Source: Candidatus Doudnabacteria bacterium RIFCSPHIGHO2_01_FULL_46_24 (GTDB taxonomy: Bacteria > Patescibacteriota > Doudnabacteria > UBA920 > O2-02-FULL-48-8). From it: a DNA stretch of 64,000 nt. The stretch spans positions 42,634 through 106,633 of the forward strand of contig MFEL01000008.1 of the NCBI GenBank assembly GCA_001777575.1, given 5' to 3'. The notes under the pieces were generated by a model. That model was given only the letters and a program-made list of their open reading frames with translations, made no database searches and had not been told where the DNA came from. Below are positions 55,805 through 64,000 of the stretch, one piece after another; within the stretch, counting starts at the first letter, position 1; every line of letters starts with the position of its first letter. The position numbers and the translations under genes are program-made.

Positions 55805-56359
55805 TTACTTACCACCACCGACTGCCTTCACGACTTTGCCAGCCTTGCGCCTAATGATTTCATCCGAATATTTAATTCCTTTTCCTTTGTAGGGTTCCGG
55901 TTCTCTTTGGGAACGAACAACCGCGGCAAACTGCCCGACCTGTTGTTTGTCGCTGCCGCTGATTGTGATAAGATTTTTGTCGACCTTGGCTTCGAGGCCG
56001 GGAGGAATAGCCATTTCGATCGGATGGGAATAACCTAAATTCAACGTCAGCGACTTACCCGTAACCGCAGCCTTGTACCCAACACCGTTGACTTCCAAGA
56101 TTTTAGTGTACCCATTGGTCACACCGAGGACCATATTGTTGATCAGCGAGCGAAACAGCCCCCACAGCGCCTTTTCTTGTTTCGATGCTTTGTCAGCCAC
56201 TTCCACGACCAATTCCGAATCACGCTTCACCGCTTTGACTTTGGGATGAATCGTAAGCGACAGTTCTCCTTTCGGCCCTTTAACCTTAAGGATTTGGTCT
56301 ATGACTTCGGCGGTAACGCCTGAAGGGATGGTGATCGGTTTTTTTCCTATGCGTGACAT
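55805..56359 (-). CDS. rplF: 50S ribosomal protein uL6
   Basis: MSRIGKKPI, LGYSHP, PEPYKGKGI. Confidence 0.97.
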   Translation of the reverse strand: MSRIGKKPITIPSGVTAEVIDQILKVKGPKGELSLTIHPKVKAVKRDSELVVEVADKASKQEKALWGLFRSLINNMVLGVTNGYTKILEVNGVGYKAAVTGKSLTLNLGYSHPIEMAIPPGLEAKVDKNLITISGSDKQQVGQFAAVVRSQREPEPYKGKGIKYSDEIIRRKAGKVVKAVGGGK

Positions 56360-56367
56360 AAAGTTTA

Positions 56368-56760
56368 TTACCAAATTTGACAAATAATTTCGCCGCCAAT
56401 TTTCTGCTTTCGCGCATTTTCAGCCGTGACCAGCCCCTTGGAGGTCGAAACGATAGTAGTGCCCAGCCCTCCCATCACTCTCGGAATGTCGGTGGTTTTT
56501 TTATAAATCCTCTGTCCGGGCTTGCTGATTCGCTGAATTCCGGAAATCACCGGTTGACCTTCGGCCGTATATTTCAGTTCAAGCTGCAAATTTTTGAATT
56601 TGCTGTCATTGCCGACTTCGAAATTCCTAATCCAACCCCCGTGCATAAGCACTTTGGCTAAATTGTGCTTAAAATTCGAATACGGCACCACTACCTCTGT
56701 CTTGCGAGAGGCATATGCGTTTCTTATTCGTGTTAGCATGTCTGAAATTGGGTCTGTCAT
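56368..56760 (-). CDS. rpsH: 30S ribosomal protein uS8
   Basis: DPISDMLTRIRNA, SKPGQR, STSKG. Confidence 0.97.
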   Translation of the reverse strand: MTDPISDMLTRIRNAYASRKTEVVVPYSNFKHNLAKVLMHGGWIRNFEVGNDSKFKNLQLELKYTAEGQPVISGIQRISKPGQRIYKKTTDIPRVMGGLGTTIVSTSKGLVTAENARKQKIGGEIICQIW

Positions 56761-56764
56761 ATGT

Positions 56765-56959
56765 TTACCATGAAGACTTTGTAACGCCGGGAATTTCGCC
56801 GTTGGAGGCCAGCTCCCGGAAACAAATGCGGCAAATATTGAAATTCCGCATGTAACCGTGCTTTCTGCCGCACCGCCAACAGCGTCTAACTACCCTGGTT
56901 GAATACTTGGGCTTGGTCCGGGATCTTAATGATTTGATTGTTTGAGCTTTAGTGGCCAT
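56765..56959 (-). CDS. rpsZ: 30S ribosomal protein uS14, type Z
   Basis: RCWRCGR...CRICFRE, GVTKSSW. Confidence 0.96.
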   Translation of the reverse strand: MATKAQTIKSLRSRTKPKYSTRVVRRCWRCGRKHGYMRNFNICRICFRELASNGEIPGVTKSSW

Positions 56960-56969
56960 AATGCTTAAA

Positions 56970-57033
56970 AATTATTTATTAACGGATTACGGGTTACGGA
57001 TTTGCAATTCGCAATTCGTTAATCCGTTAATTC
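56970..57033. repeat. Family B inverted array between rplE and rpsZ
   Basis: aattatttattaacggattacgggttacggatttgcaattcgcaattcgttaatccgttaattc. Confidence 0.9.
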
Positions 57034-57034
57034 T

Positions 57035-57577
57035 CTAATCATTCTTAAAGGGGAAGCCTAAAGATTTTAGCAGAGCGAGCGCCTTCTTGTCATTGTCGGT
57101 ATTGGTCTGAATGTTTATCTCCAGCCCAAATGCATGCTCAATGTGCTCGTCGCCGGTTTCCGGAAAAACATTCTGCTCTTTGATGCCGATGTTGTAATTC
57201 CCACACCCGTCAAATCCTTGCTTGGACAAACCACGGAAGTCGCGGACACGGGGCAACGCAGCTCTAATCAATTTTTCCAAAAAATCATACATGCGCCGGC
57301 CCCGCAGCGTAACCTTAAGTCCAACTACCTGATTCTGCCTGATCTTAAACCCAGCAATGGATTTACGAGCCAATGTTTTAACCGGCCGCTGCCCTGCTAT
57401 GCGTTGGATGTCTTCGATAATGATATCCAAAAATTTGGGATCTTTCAAAGTTTTACCGACTCCAACGTTAAGCACGACCTTCTCGATTTTGGGAACCGCG
57501 GAAGCGTTTTGCAAACCCAACTCTTGCTTCAGAGCTGGGACGATTTTTTCTTTATAAATCGTTCTTAAATCTGTCAT
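57035..57577 (-). CDS. rplE: 50S ribosomal protein uL5
   Basis: SIAGFKIR, KVTLRG, LPRVRDFRG. Confidence 0.97.
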   Translation of the reverse strand: MTDLRTIYKEKIVPALKQELGLQNASAVPKIEKVVLNVGVGKTLKDPKFLDIIIEDIQRIAGQRPVKTLARKSIAGFKIRQNQVVGLKVTLRGRRMYDFLEKLIRAALPRVRDFRGLSKQGFDGCGNYNIGIKEQNVFPETGDEHIEHAFGLEINIQTNTDNDKKALALLKSLGFPFKND

Positions 57578-57579
57578 AA

Positions 57580-57897
57580 TTAATTCAAAGTTTTGCCGCA
57601 TTTCTTACAGCGTCTAAAATTGCCCTCATCACTCACCTCGTGAGCCACCCGGGTCGGCTTGCCGCAGTGTGGACAAATCAACATCACTTTGGAAATATTT
57701 AAGGGCCCTGGCAGTTCCATCCGCTGGCCTTTTTCACCGGCTTTTTTCGGGCGTGAAAAACGAAAATGCACATTGAGTCCTTCCACAATGATTCGCGAGT
57801 ACTTGGGCAGGACGCGAATAATCTTGCCCCGTTTGTTCTTATCCTTGCCGGAAAGCAGTTTGACCTCATCGCCTTTTTTGATGCTCAGTTTGTTCAT
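57580..57897 (-). CDS. rplX: 50S ribosomal protein uL24
   Basis: IKKGDEV..LSGKDK, VEGLN; C-terminal CxxC..CxxC. Confidence 0.95.
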   Translation of the reverse strand: MNKLSIKKGDEVKLLSGKDKNKRGKIIRVLPKYSRIIVEGLNVHFRFSRPKKAGEKGQRMELPGPLNISKVMLICPHCGKPTRVAHEVSDEGNFRRCKKCGKTLN

Positions 57898-57904
57898 AAG
57901 AATA

Positions 57905-58020
57905 ATATGATGCTAATTTGCTAATTTATGCCAATTGGCGAATTGCTAATGGCCCAACGCTAAGTGTTTGGTTATTCGCAATTTGTAGATTGGCATGACA
58001 TTCGTAGATTCGCATCGTAT
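57905..58020. repeat. Family A element between rplN and rplX
   Basis: ~115-nt imperfect palindrome, about 90% identical to 58398-58513. Confidence 0.95.
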
Positions 58021-58392
58021 TTATATTACTTCCGGGGCTAATGAAATAATTTTCGTAAAACCCAGATCGCGCAATTCCCTCGGAATCGGGCCAAATATGC
58101 GTGTCCCCCGGGGCTCTTGGCTGTCCTTATTCACCAGCACGGCAGCATTGTCATCAAATCGAATATACGAACCGTCGCTCCTCCGAGTCTCCTTCCGGGT
58201 TCTGACGATTACCGCATAAACCTTGTCGCCTTTTTTGACCTGCCCTTTTGGTGAAGCATCCTTAACCGAAGCCGCGACCACGTCGCCGAGCCTGACTACG
58301 CGCCTGCGGTTTTTCCCGGCTACGCCGAATACGGCCAATTCCTTGGCCCCCGTATTGTCTGCAACGTTTAATCTGGTCCTGAGCTGAATCAT
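58021..58392 (-). CDS. rplN: 50S ribosomal protein uL14
   Basis: [27 protein letters not shown]. Confidence 0.97.
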   Translation of the reverse strand: MIQLRTRLNVADNTGAKELAVFGVAGKNRRRVVRLGDVVAASVKDASPKGQVKKGDKVYAVIVRTRKETRRSDGSYIRFDDNAAVLVNKDSQEPRGTRIFGPIPRELRDLGFTKIISLAPEVI

Positions 58393-58397
58393 GAATA

Positions 58398-58513
58398 TGT
58401 GATGCTAATTTGCGAATCTTATGCCAATCTGGCGAATTGCTAATGGTCCAACGCTAAGGGTTGGGTTATTCGCAATTTGTAGATTGGCATTGCATTTGTA
58501 GATTCGCATCATA
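58398..58513. repeat. Family A element between rpsQ and rplN
   Basis: Direct copy of 57905-58020; contains the rpsQ TGA stop. Confidence 0.95.
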
Positions 58514-58742
58514 TCTTACTGATTACTCTCCAATGCACTGTCTTGGAAATTGGCCGACATTCTTCTATAACAACTCGGTCTCCGGCCTTAAATTCGCCCT
58601 CGCCAATCTGTGCTGGGTATCGTTTGTGCACCTTAAATCGTTTCAGGTATTTTGGGTGGGTTTTTGTAGACTCGACCTTGACCACCACGGTTTTATGCAT
58701 TTTTACGGAATCTATAATCCCAATCAAATGTCTCTTTGACAT
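58509..58742 (-). CDS. rpsQ: 30S ribosomal protein uS17
   Basis: KMHKTVVV, HPKY, ECRPISK. Confidence 0.95.
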   Translation of the reverse strand: MSKRHLIGIIDSVKMHKTVVVKVESTKTHPKYLKRFKVHKRYPAQIGEGEFKAGDRVVIEECRPISKTVHWRVISKI

Positions 58743-58743
58743 A

Positions 58744-58926
58744 TTATTGCTGGTTTAATATCGTTAAAATTCTGGCGATGTCTTTCCTCAGAACCCTGAG
58801 TTGGTGATTATTCTTAACTTCCTTGGAATAAATCTTGAAACGCATCGTTCGCAGCTGCTCCCGAAGCGAGGCAATCAGCTTGTTCAATTCCACTTCGGAC
58901 ATTCGCTTTAATTCAGAGATTTTCAT
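58744..58926 (-). CDS. rpmC: 50S ribosomal protein uL29
   Basis: RKDIARILT; operon position. Confidence 0.93.
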   Translation of the reverse strand: MKISELKRMSEVELNKLIASLREQLRTMRFKIYSKEVKNNHQLRVLRKDIARILTILNQQ

Positions 58927-58928
58927 GA

Positions 58929-59342
58929 TTACTGCCTCTCTTTTGTTATAAATCGAGTTTTAATGGGGAGTTTATGCGAGGCTAATCTCATCGCTTCCGC
59001 CGCTGCTTCGACAGGCACGCCGTCCATTTCAAACAACACTCGTCCTTTCCGGACTACGGCCACGAAATGGTCCACTGCCCCCTTACCGCTGCCCATGGGC
59101 GATTCGTTGCCGTGAGAAGTGATTGGTTTGTCCGGAAAAATCCGGATCCAAATCTTGCCGCCGCGGGCCACATAACGGGTCATGGCGCGCCTAGCCGCCT
59201 CAATTTGGCGGGAGGTAACCCAGCTGTTCTCCACAGCCTTCAATCCGAAAGAACCGAAAGCCACCGTGTTTCCTGACATGGCCTTGCCGCTCGATCGTCC
59301 GCGGTGGTGCTTTCGATGTTTGACTCTCTTAGGTATAAGCAT
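58929..59342 (-). CDS. rplP: 50S ribosomal protein uL16
   Basis: [23 protein letters not shown]. Confidence 0.97.
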   Translation of the reverse strand: MLIPKRVKHRKHHRGRSSGKAMSGNTVAFGSFGLKAVENSWVTSRQIEAARRAMTRYVARGGKIWIRIFPDKPITSHGNESPMGSGKGAVDHFVAVVRKGRVLFEMDGVPVEAAAEAMRLASHKLPIKTRFITKERQ

Positions 59343-59348
59343 ATTTAT

Positions 59349-59406
59349 AGATTAAAGATTAAAGAGAAAAGATCAAAATATTTTGCGTTTTTCTCTTTAC
59401 GTTTTA
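59349..59406. repeat. Family D inverted heptamer array (empty) between rpsC and rplP
   Basis: agattaaagattaaagagaaaagatcaaaat|attttgcgtttttctctttacgtttta. Confidence 0.9.
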
Positions 59407-60041
59407 CTCTTGTCAAAGACTTCGCCCTTATTTATCCAAACCTTTACGCCGATCGTGCCGTAGGTCGTGTAGGCAGTGGCTTTGGCAAAATCAATATTTG
59501 CGCGCAGGGTGTGCAGGGGTAATTTTCCCTTCATCAACCGTTCCGACCGCGCAATGTCAGAACCGCCCAGCCTCCCGGCGACTTCCAGCTTGACGCCGAT
59601 GGCACCGGATTCCATAATCTGTTCAATTGAGCCTTTCATGGCTCTGCGGTAAGCAATCCGCTTCTCCAGCTGGTCGGCGATATTTTGGGCAATAACCTGG
59701 GCTTGCAAATTGATTTCTTTGACTTCCTCAATATTGATCTTAATGTCCAATTTCTTTCCCAGATGTCTGACGATCTTCTTCTTCAACTCGTCAACTCCAC
59801 CGCCGCCCTTACCGATAATCATGCCTGGTTTGACGGTTTTGATGGTCACGTTGACGGCTGCTCCAAAACGCTCGATATCAATGCGGACCACTCCGGCTTT
59901 TTTTAAAATGTTAAACAAAAACTGCCTAATCCTGGTGTCTTCTTCCAGATACTGAGAAAAATGAGTCTTTGTCAGCCAGCGCGATTTCCAAGTGTCGGTT
60001 ATTTTCAGCCTAAAGCTGTTGGCGTTAACCTTTTGTCCCAT
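59397..60041 (-). CDS. rpsC: 30S ribosomal protein uS3
   Basis: MGQKV, PGMIIGKGG, GRLGG, PLHTLRANID. Confidence 0.97.
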   Translation of the reverse strand: MGQKVNANSFRLKITDTWKSRWLTKTHFSQYLEEDTRIRQFLFNILKKAGVVRIDIERFGAAVNVTIKTVKPGMIIGKGGGGVDELKKKIVRHLGKKLDIKINIEEVKEINLQAQVIAQNIADQLEKRIAYRRAMKGSIEQIMESGAIGVKLEVAGRLGGSDIARSERLMKGKLPLHTLRANIDFAKATAYTTYGTIGVKVWINKGEVFDKSKT

Positions 60042-60061
60042 AAAATTTGCTTGCAAATTTT

Positions 60062-60092
60062 ACCCCGAGCGAGCGTTAGCGAGCCGAGGGGT
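60062..60092. repeat. REP-like hairpin between rplV and rpsC
   Basis: accccgagcgagcgttagcgagccgaggggt. Confidence 0.6.
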
Positions 60093-60098
60093 TAATTT

Positions 60099-60665
60099 TT
60101 ATTGCCCGCTCTTCCTGTTAAATAATCTTCGCTTCAAATCCACCAAATGCTTCTTGACCTTCTCTCCCGACTTCGGCGGCGTCTTCGCCTTCTGTTTTTC
60201 CACTTCTATCTTACCGGACATTTTTTCCTCAGGTTGTTTTGGTTCAGCCGCAACCGGAGCAGGACGAATGCTGAAGATCGATCGCTTTGTCTTTTTGGCT
60301 GTTCGAATTCTGGGCTCCAACAGAACAGAAATATGGCTTAAGCGTTTGCGCTCGATAAATCCCCGACCCTGGGCCCGGGGGGAGAGTTTTTTGATAACCG
60401 GACCGGCGTCTACCGTGATGGATTTAATGTACAAATCGTCCCTGTTCAATTCAAAGTTATGTACAGCATTGGCAATTGCCGAATTAATGACTTTGCTGAT
60501 CGGCTGGGCCGCTTTCTTGGATGAAAAGCGCAGTTGTTCCAAGGCTGTGTCCACTGGCGTTCGGCGGATCAAATCAGCGACCAGACGAAGCTTGCGCGGC
60601 GAGACATGAATGTATCGCGCGTAAGCTTTGACTTCCTTGATTTGCTGCTTTTCCTGTGCGGCCAT
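60099..60665 (-). CDS. rplV: 50S ribosomal protein uL22 with a long basic C-terminal extension
   Basis: SPRKLRLVAD, SAIANA, PRAQGR. Confidence 0.95.
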   Translation of the reverse strand: MAAQEKQQIKEVKAYARYIHVSPRKLRLVADLIRRTPVDTALEQLRFSSKKAAQPISKVINSAIANAVHNFELNRDDLYIKSITVDAGPVIKKLSPRAQGRGFIERKRLSHISVLLEPRIRTAKKTKRSIFSIRPAPVAAEPKQPEEKMSGKIEVEKQKAKTPPKSGEKVKKHLVDLKRRLFNRKSGQ

Positions 60666-60689
60666 GGTTAGTAGTTAAATAATTAATAG

Positions 60690-61034
60690 TTACTTTTTAG
60701 CCTCAGGCTCGGGAGCTTTGGCCGCTTCCATTTGCCGTTTCTCCGCATCTACCGACGCGGCAGCCTCCTCTTTGGCCATGCGGCCGCCATGCCTGACAAA
60801 CTTTCGGGTGGGAGCGAACTCTCCCAATTTGTGTCCGACCATATTTTCATTCACGTTGACAGTGATAAAATTCTTGCCGTTGTGCACCAGAAAAGCCAAA
60901 CCAACCATCTCCGGAAAAATCGTAGAATCCCGGGACCAAGTCTTAATCTCGTTTTTTGAGCCAGGCCTAATTTTCTGGATTTTCGCCCAGAGTTTAGGAT
61001 CAATAAACGGACCTTTTTTAAGGGAACGTGACAT
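60690..61034 (-). CDS. rpsS: 30S ribosomal protein uS19 with a C-terminal extension
   Basis: [22 protein letters not shown]. Confidence 0.97.
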   Translation of the reverse strand: MSRSLKKGPFIDPKLWAKIQKIRPGSKNEIKTWSRDSTIFPEMVGLAFLVHNGKNFITVNVNENMVGHKLGEFAPTRKFVRHGGRMAKEEAAASVDAEKRQMEAAKAPEPEAKK

Positions 61035-61042
61035 ATGGTTTG

Positions 61043-61876
61043 TTAATTCCTTCTCTTTACGATAAATTTCGAACTCGCCTTCTTGGGATTGCGGGTTTTG
61101 ACTCCCAAGGCATGCTTGCCCCAAGGCGTCTTCGGATATTTCAGGCCTATCGGGTTATGACCCTCGCCGCCCCCGTGGGGATGATCCACAGGGTTCATGG
61201 CCTTACCCCGCACGGTCGGCCGCCGGCCCATATGGCGCACTCTGCCGGCCTTGCCGATCCTAACATACATCCAATCGATATTGGAAACCTGGCCGACTGT
61301 CGCATAAGATTCAGACGAAACTTTCCGAATTTCTCCAGAAGGAAACTTCAATAACGTACTCTCACCTTCCGTGGCCACAATAATGGCATAACTGCCTGCT
61401 GATCGTGCAACGGAGCTTCCTTGTGTCCTGTCAATTTGGACATTGTGAACATAGGTGCCGACGGGGATATTTCTAAGCATCATTCGATTGCCCGCGCTAA
61501 CATCGGTGCGAGGAGCGGCAACAATTTCTGATCCGACTTTAAGTCCGTCAGGAGCCAAAATATAGCGCTTCTCTCCGTCTCGATAGGCCAATAGCGAGAT
61601 AAAGCCGCTGCGGGTTGGGTCATATTCCAAAGTTTGGACTTTGGCTGGGATATTCAGCTTGTCGGTGCGCAGAAAATCTACCACCCTTGCCTTCAATCTA
61701 TGCCCCCCACCTTGGTGGCGGACAGTAATTTTTCCCTGGTTATTGCGCCCTGCGTTTTTTTTGAAGGCCACGATCAAATTCTTGGGAGTCTTAACGCGTT
61801 TGTCCAAGACCGAATAATCGGTGACTGAATGAATCCTGCGTCCTGGGCTAGTTGGTTTATAAATCTTGATTGCCAT
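61043..61876 (-). CDS. rplB: 50S ribosomal protein uL2
   Basis: [23 protein letters not shown]. Confidence 0.98.
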   Translation of the reverse strand: MAIKIYKPTSPGRRIHSVTDYSVLDKRVKTPKNLIVAFKKNAGRNNQGKITVRHQGGGHRLKARVVDFLRTDKLNIPAKVQTLEYDPTRSGFISLLAYRDGEKRYILAPDGLKVGSEIVAAPRTDVSAGNRMMLRNIPVGTYVHNVQIDRTQGSSVARSAGSYAIIVATEGESTLLKFPSGEIRKVSSESYATVGQVSNIDWMYVRIGKAGRVRHMGRRPTVRGKAMNPVDHPHGGGEGHNPIGLKYPKTPWGKHALGVKTRNPKKASSKFIVKRRN

Positions 61877-61878
61877 GT

Positions 61879-62301
61879 TTAGACTCCTTCAATAAGGCCG
61901 GAAATTTTTTCTCCTGTTTTCAAGGTGACCACGGCTTTTTTCCAATCACCGGTTTGGCTCGTAGTCCGCCCTGTCCGCCGCGGCTTCCCCTTGCTATTGA
62001 TGATGTTTACCTTTACAACGTGGACATCATAAGTTTTTTCGACAGCCTGCCTGATTCCCAGCTTGTTTGCTGACTGGGAAACCTTAAACACGTATCTGCC
62101 ATTCTGGCCAAATGCAGTGGTTTTTTCCGATAAGTGGGCATTCTTCAAAATTCGAAAAGCACGGCCGGTGTCTTCTTTGGTTTTCTGTTCTGACCGCGTT
62201 TTGTCCACATCAGTCGGGGTCTCCTTGACCATATCCAAAACATTTTCCCCCTGAACTACCTTGCTTCCCTTACCTCCCCTAATTTTACTTAACAGTCCCA
62301 T
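61879..62301 (-). CDS. rplW: 50S ribosomal protein uL23 with an N-terminal extension
   Basis: LSEK, YVFKV, WKKAVVTL; start uncertain. Confidence 0.9.
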   Translation of the reverse strand: MGLLSKIRGGKGSKVVQGENVLDMVKETPTDVDKTRSEQKTKEDTGRAFRILKNAHLSEKTTAFGQNGRYVFKVSQSANKLGIRQAVEKTYDVHVVKVNIINSKGKPRRTGRTTSQTGDWKKAVVTLKTGEKISGLIEGV

Positions 62302-62322
62302 ACCCAGTATATCAACTTTCAG

Positions 62323-62347
62323 ATACAAACAGCTTCGCTGTTTGTAT
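62323..62347. repeat. Perfect hairpin in the rplD-rplW spacer
   Basis: atacaaacagc-ttc-gctgtttgtat. Confidence 0.8.
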
Positions 62348-62431
62348 AAAATTAATTAACAATACTAATTTAGCAAACGCAACGACATTTAATCAATATT
62401 TATACGGATATTTCTAAAACTGAAAGTTGTA

Positions 62432-63067
62432 TTACTGGGCATAAGTCTTTTCTATTACTGTCAAAGCGTCTTTCAAAATAATCGGATCGTATTTCAATAA
62501 ATCAAAAATATTCAACTGGTTGGCTGCCAAAATTTTGGCATTGGGCAAATTCTTCCCCGCCCGCTCAAGTTCTCGATTGTGGGCTCCCAGGATCAAAATA
62601 TATTTTTTGCCCAAACCGGCCTTGTCGGCAATTGCAGAAAGTTTCCGCGAAAGATCTTTGGTTTTATTCGCGGCAATGCTATCCACCACTGCCAACTTAT
62701 TATCTTTGACTTTGTCGCTGAGAATCGTAAATAACGCTTTTCTAAAAATACTCTGGTTAAGCTTGATTGAAAAACTACGCCCCTTGGTTGGGCCAAAAGT
62801 GATACCCCCGCCCCGCCAAAGCGGCGAGCGAACAGAACCGGCCCGGGCTCGGCCGGTGCCTTTTTGCTTCCATGGTTTCTTGCCGCTGCCGGAAACTTCT
62901 CCGCGATTCTTAGTGTGGGCAATCGCCGACCGGGCATTGTTCCGCTGAGCCCTAAGTGCAAAATGCACCAAATTAACGTCAATTTTAGCCAAACCAAAAA
63001 CTGCCGGGTTCAAATCCGTTTCCGAGACTTTTTCACCTGTTTGGTTATAGACTGCCGTTTTTGCCAT
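62432..63067 (-). CDS. rplD: 50S ribosomal protein uL4
   Basis: KPWKQKGTGRARAGS.RSP.WRGGG. Confidence 0.97.
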   Translation of the reverse strand: MAKTAVYNQTGEKVSETDLNPAVFGLAKIDVNLVHFALRAQRNNARSAIAHTKNRGEVSGSGKKPWKQKGTGRARAGSVRSPLWRGGGITFGPTKGRSFSIKLNQSIFRKALFTILSDKVKDNKLAVVDSIAANKTKDLSRKLSAIADKAGLGKKYILILGAHNRELERAGKNLPNAKILAANQLNIFDLLKYDPIILKDALTVIEKTYAQ

Positions 63068-63068
63068 A

Positions 63069-63737
63069 TCAATTATGGATAATATTGGGGTAATCGGTGC
63101 CAATCCCATCAACCCCCATCTCTTTCATGATTTCAAATTGATTAATATCGTTAATAACCCATGTCATAATTTTCATCTCAAGATTGTGGATAAATTTAAT
63201 ACGTTTGGAAGTAATCAAATCATGCCTGAGATTAATCGAATAGAATCTTAGAGAACGAAAAAATGGAAAGAGAAATATGTACAAATAATTTCTTTTTGGA
63301 CTAATAATCAAGGCTATTTTGATATTTCTATCCAAAGCTCTAATTTTTCTTAATACTCCTAACTTAAAAGAGGAAATTAAAACCTTAGATGGAAATCCCT
63401 TGATCTCTTCAAGTAATCGTTGTTCAAATCCCGTTTCCTTAACCTCCAAATTCAGAGGCATATGAATTTTATCAAGAACTTCCTTCAATAACGGTGTTGG
63501 GTAATTCACTTTCTGACTCAGAATCTGCAATTCTTCCCAGATAATCTCAGAGATTTTTCTTGGATCGTGATGGGTTCTTAGTAAATCTTCGTCGTGATGA
63601 ACGACGATGTACTTATCTTTAGTCGCTCTCAAATCCATTTCAATCACATCTACCCCTAATTCCTGTGCTTTTTTAAAAGAGCTGATTGTATTTTCTCGCT
63701 CCAATCCTCTAGCGCCCCGATGTCCGGTTATTTCCAT
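63069..63737 (-). CDS. Glycerophosphodiester phosphodiesterase
   Basis: GHRGA, ENT, IEMD, HD, NLEVK, ISSF, GIGTDYP; visibly AT-richer than its neighbours. Confidence 0.9.
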   Translation of the reverse strand: MEITGHRGARGLERENTISSFKKAQELGVDVIEMDLRATKDKYIVVHHDEDLLRTHHDPRKISEIIWEELQILSQKVNYPTPLLKEVLDKIHMPLNLEVKETGFEQRLLEEIKGFPSKVLISSFKLGVLRKIRALDRNIKIALIISPKRNYLYIFLFPFFRSLRFYSINLRHDLITSKRIKFIHNLEMKIMTWVINDINQFEIMKEMGVDGIGTDYPNIIHN

Positions 63738-63740
63738 GCG

Positions 63741-64000
63741 CTAGACAGTTTGAATCTTAACGATGCCGCCTCTAGCCCCCGGTACCGCGCCTTTCACGGC
63801 AATCAAATTCCGCTCTGAGTCAACATCCACAACCTCTAAATTTCTGATGGTTCTGACCCCTCCCATCCTACTGGCCATTCTTAAACCCTTCCTGACGTGT
63901 TGTGGAAACCGGCCGCCAATGGCGCCCACAGCGCGCGGATGATCGTGTCCATGCGACGCTGGGGCCCCTTTAAAGCCGTATTTCTTAATAGGTCCGGCAA
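63741..64000 (-). CDS. rplC: 50S ribosomal protein uL3, 3' part (runs off the window)
   Basis: GPASHGH, KGLRMA, VKGAVPG. Confidence 0.95.
   Translation of the reverse strand, partial: AGPIKKYGFKGAPASHGHDHPRAVGAIGGRFPQHVRKGLRMASRMGGVRTIRNLEVVDVDSERNLIAVKGAVPGARGGIVKIQTV

Noticed and set aside
1-64000. Alternative genetic code (UGA = Gly, as in Gracilibacteria)
   Set aside because: Conserved genes are full length under code 11, and several end properly at TGA (murF, rpsQ, tktC, pfkB)
1-64000. IS elements, prophage, integrase, rRNA or tRNA genes
   Set aside because: No recognisable transposase, recombinase, phage gene or tRNA/rRNA sequence

Overview
64-kb chromosomal window of a reduced-genome bacterium, almost entirely housekeeping genes on the minus strand. 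Gene content and organisation (no uL30/rpmD between rpsE and rplO, split transketolase, short archaeal-type PyrH, two MreB paralogues, TGA used as stop) fit Patescibacteria/CPR; this is an inference. Contents: a cell-wall/translation cluster (pyrH, ftsQ-like, pepP, ddl, murF, murI, serS, rdgB, lysS, greA), mrdA-mreD-mreC-mreB-proS, rseP-frr-holB, mreB2-murA, rnhA, a PIN toxin-antitoxin pair, recJ, a glycolysis/pentose-phosphate cluster, and secY plus the spc/S10 ribosomal-protein operon. No rRNA, tRNA, CRISPR array, transposase or integrase is recognisable. Two unexplained layers stand out. (1) Many junctions between essential genes hold short inverted arrays of 7-9-nt repeats or perfect palindromes from at least six families. 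Small nucleic-acid-related genes (four-helix-bundle/IVS protein, GxxExxY, TrpR-like YerC, PaaX/Cas2-like) are each bracketed by such elements, and one family occurs both filled (around the four-helix-bundle gene) and empty (rpsC-rplP). One family shows an inverted core between copies. This looks like a cassette or intervening-sequence system with no recombinase in view. (2) Between mreB2 and holB lie two tandem, highly structured candidate ncRNAs, each with its own TTGACG-17-nt promoter and terminator; one has a pseudoknot. I could not match either by eye to tmRNA, RNase P or SRP. All calls were made by eye from motifs; no database search was run.
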